This document shows positions 59,085 through 59,137 of a stretch of DNA of 59,137 nt, piece after piece. A program made the translations under genes and the position numbers. The stretch lies in contig CALLYE010000122.1 in the NCBI GenBank assembly GCA_937875545.1, positions 1 through 59,137 of the forward strand. The letters run 5' to 3'. This DNA comes from an uncultured Clostridia bacterium (GTDB taxonomy: Bacteria; Bacillota; Clostridia; Oscillospirales; CAG-272). The stretch's first letter is position 1; the number at the start of each line of letters is the position of its first letter. The notes beneath the pieces are model-generated. The model did not search any database. It was not told the origin of the DNA and saw only the letters and a list, made by a program, of their open reading frames with translations.

Positions 59085-59137
59085 GACGGTGTAAAATGTA
59101 TTGTGTAAACTCCCGCGATCGAGTATAATAAAAACAG

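Overview
59.1-kb chromosomal window from a Gram-positive, Clostridia-like Firmicute; most genes look about 45-52% GC by eye. All calls come from reading the sequence and ORF track, with no database search. Left third: the class III ribonucleotide reductase pair nrdG-nrdD on the minus strand (NrdD carries an extra C-terminal CPNC thioredoxin-fold domain), and a URO-D-family gene. Next is a five-gene K+ module: a small membrane-anchored RCK-like ORF, ktrB, ktrA, a KdpD-C-type kinase and a KdpE-type regulator. Then come a NitT/TauT-type ABC importer (minus strand), two membrane proteins, an orphan solute-binding lipoprotein and tRNA-Pro(GGG). Centre (16.2-50.4 kb): a complete Gram-positive flagellar regulon on the plus strand. 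It starts with a sigma-A-type promoter and a ~330-nt leader holding a c-di-GMP-I riboswitch, followed by 26 genes flgB...flhA-fliA-flgF/G (22 kb). After that come sigma-28-type units (cTTAA-N15-CCGATA): flgM-flgN-flgK-flgL-yviE-fliW-csrA, two tandem flagellin genes identical over 833 bp, a low-GC GT2 plus helical-repeat glycosyltransferase, and fliD-fliS. Right: a nine-gene V-type ATPase operon in Enterococcus hirae order (ntpFIKECGABD). It begins 41 nt after fliS with no terminator, and its c subunit keeps the Na+-binding residues. Non-genic signals: a ~105-bp palindromic, promoter-bearing repeat present three times, an in-frame 15-bp tandem repeat in nrdG, an NrdR-box pair, and a tandem 17-bp repeat in the flagellar leader. 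No CRISPR array, transposase, phage or recognisable defence genes were seen.
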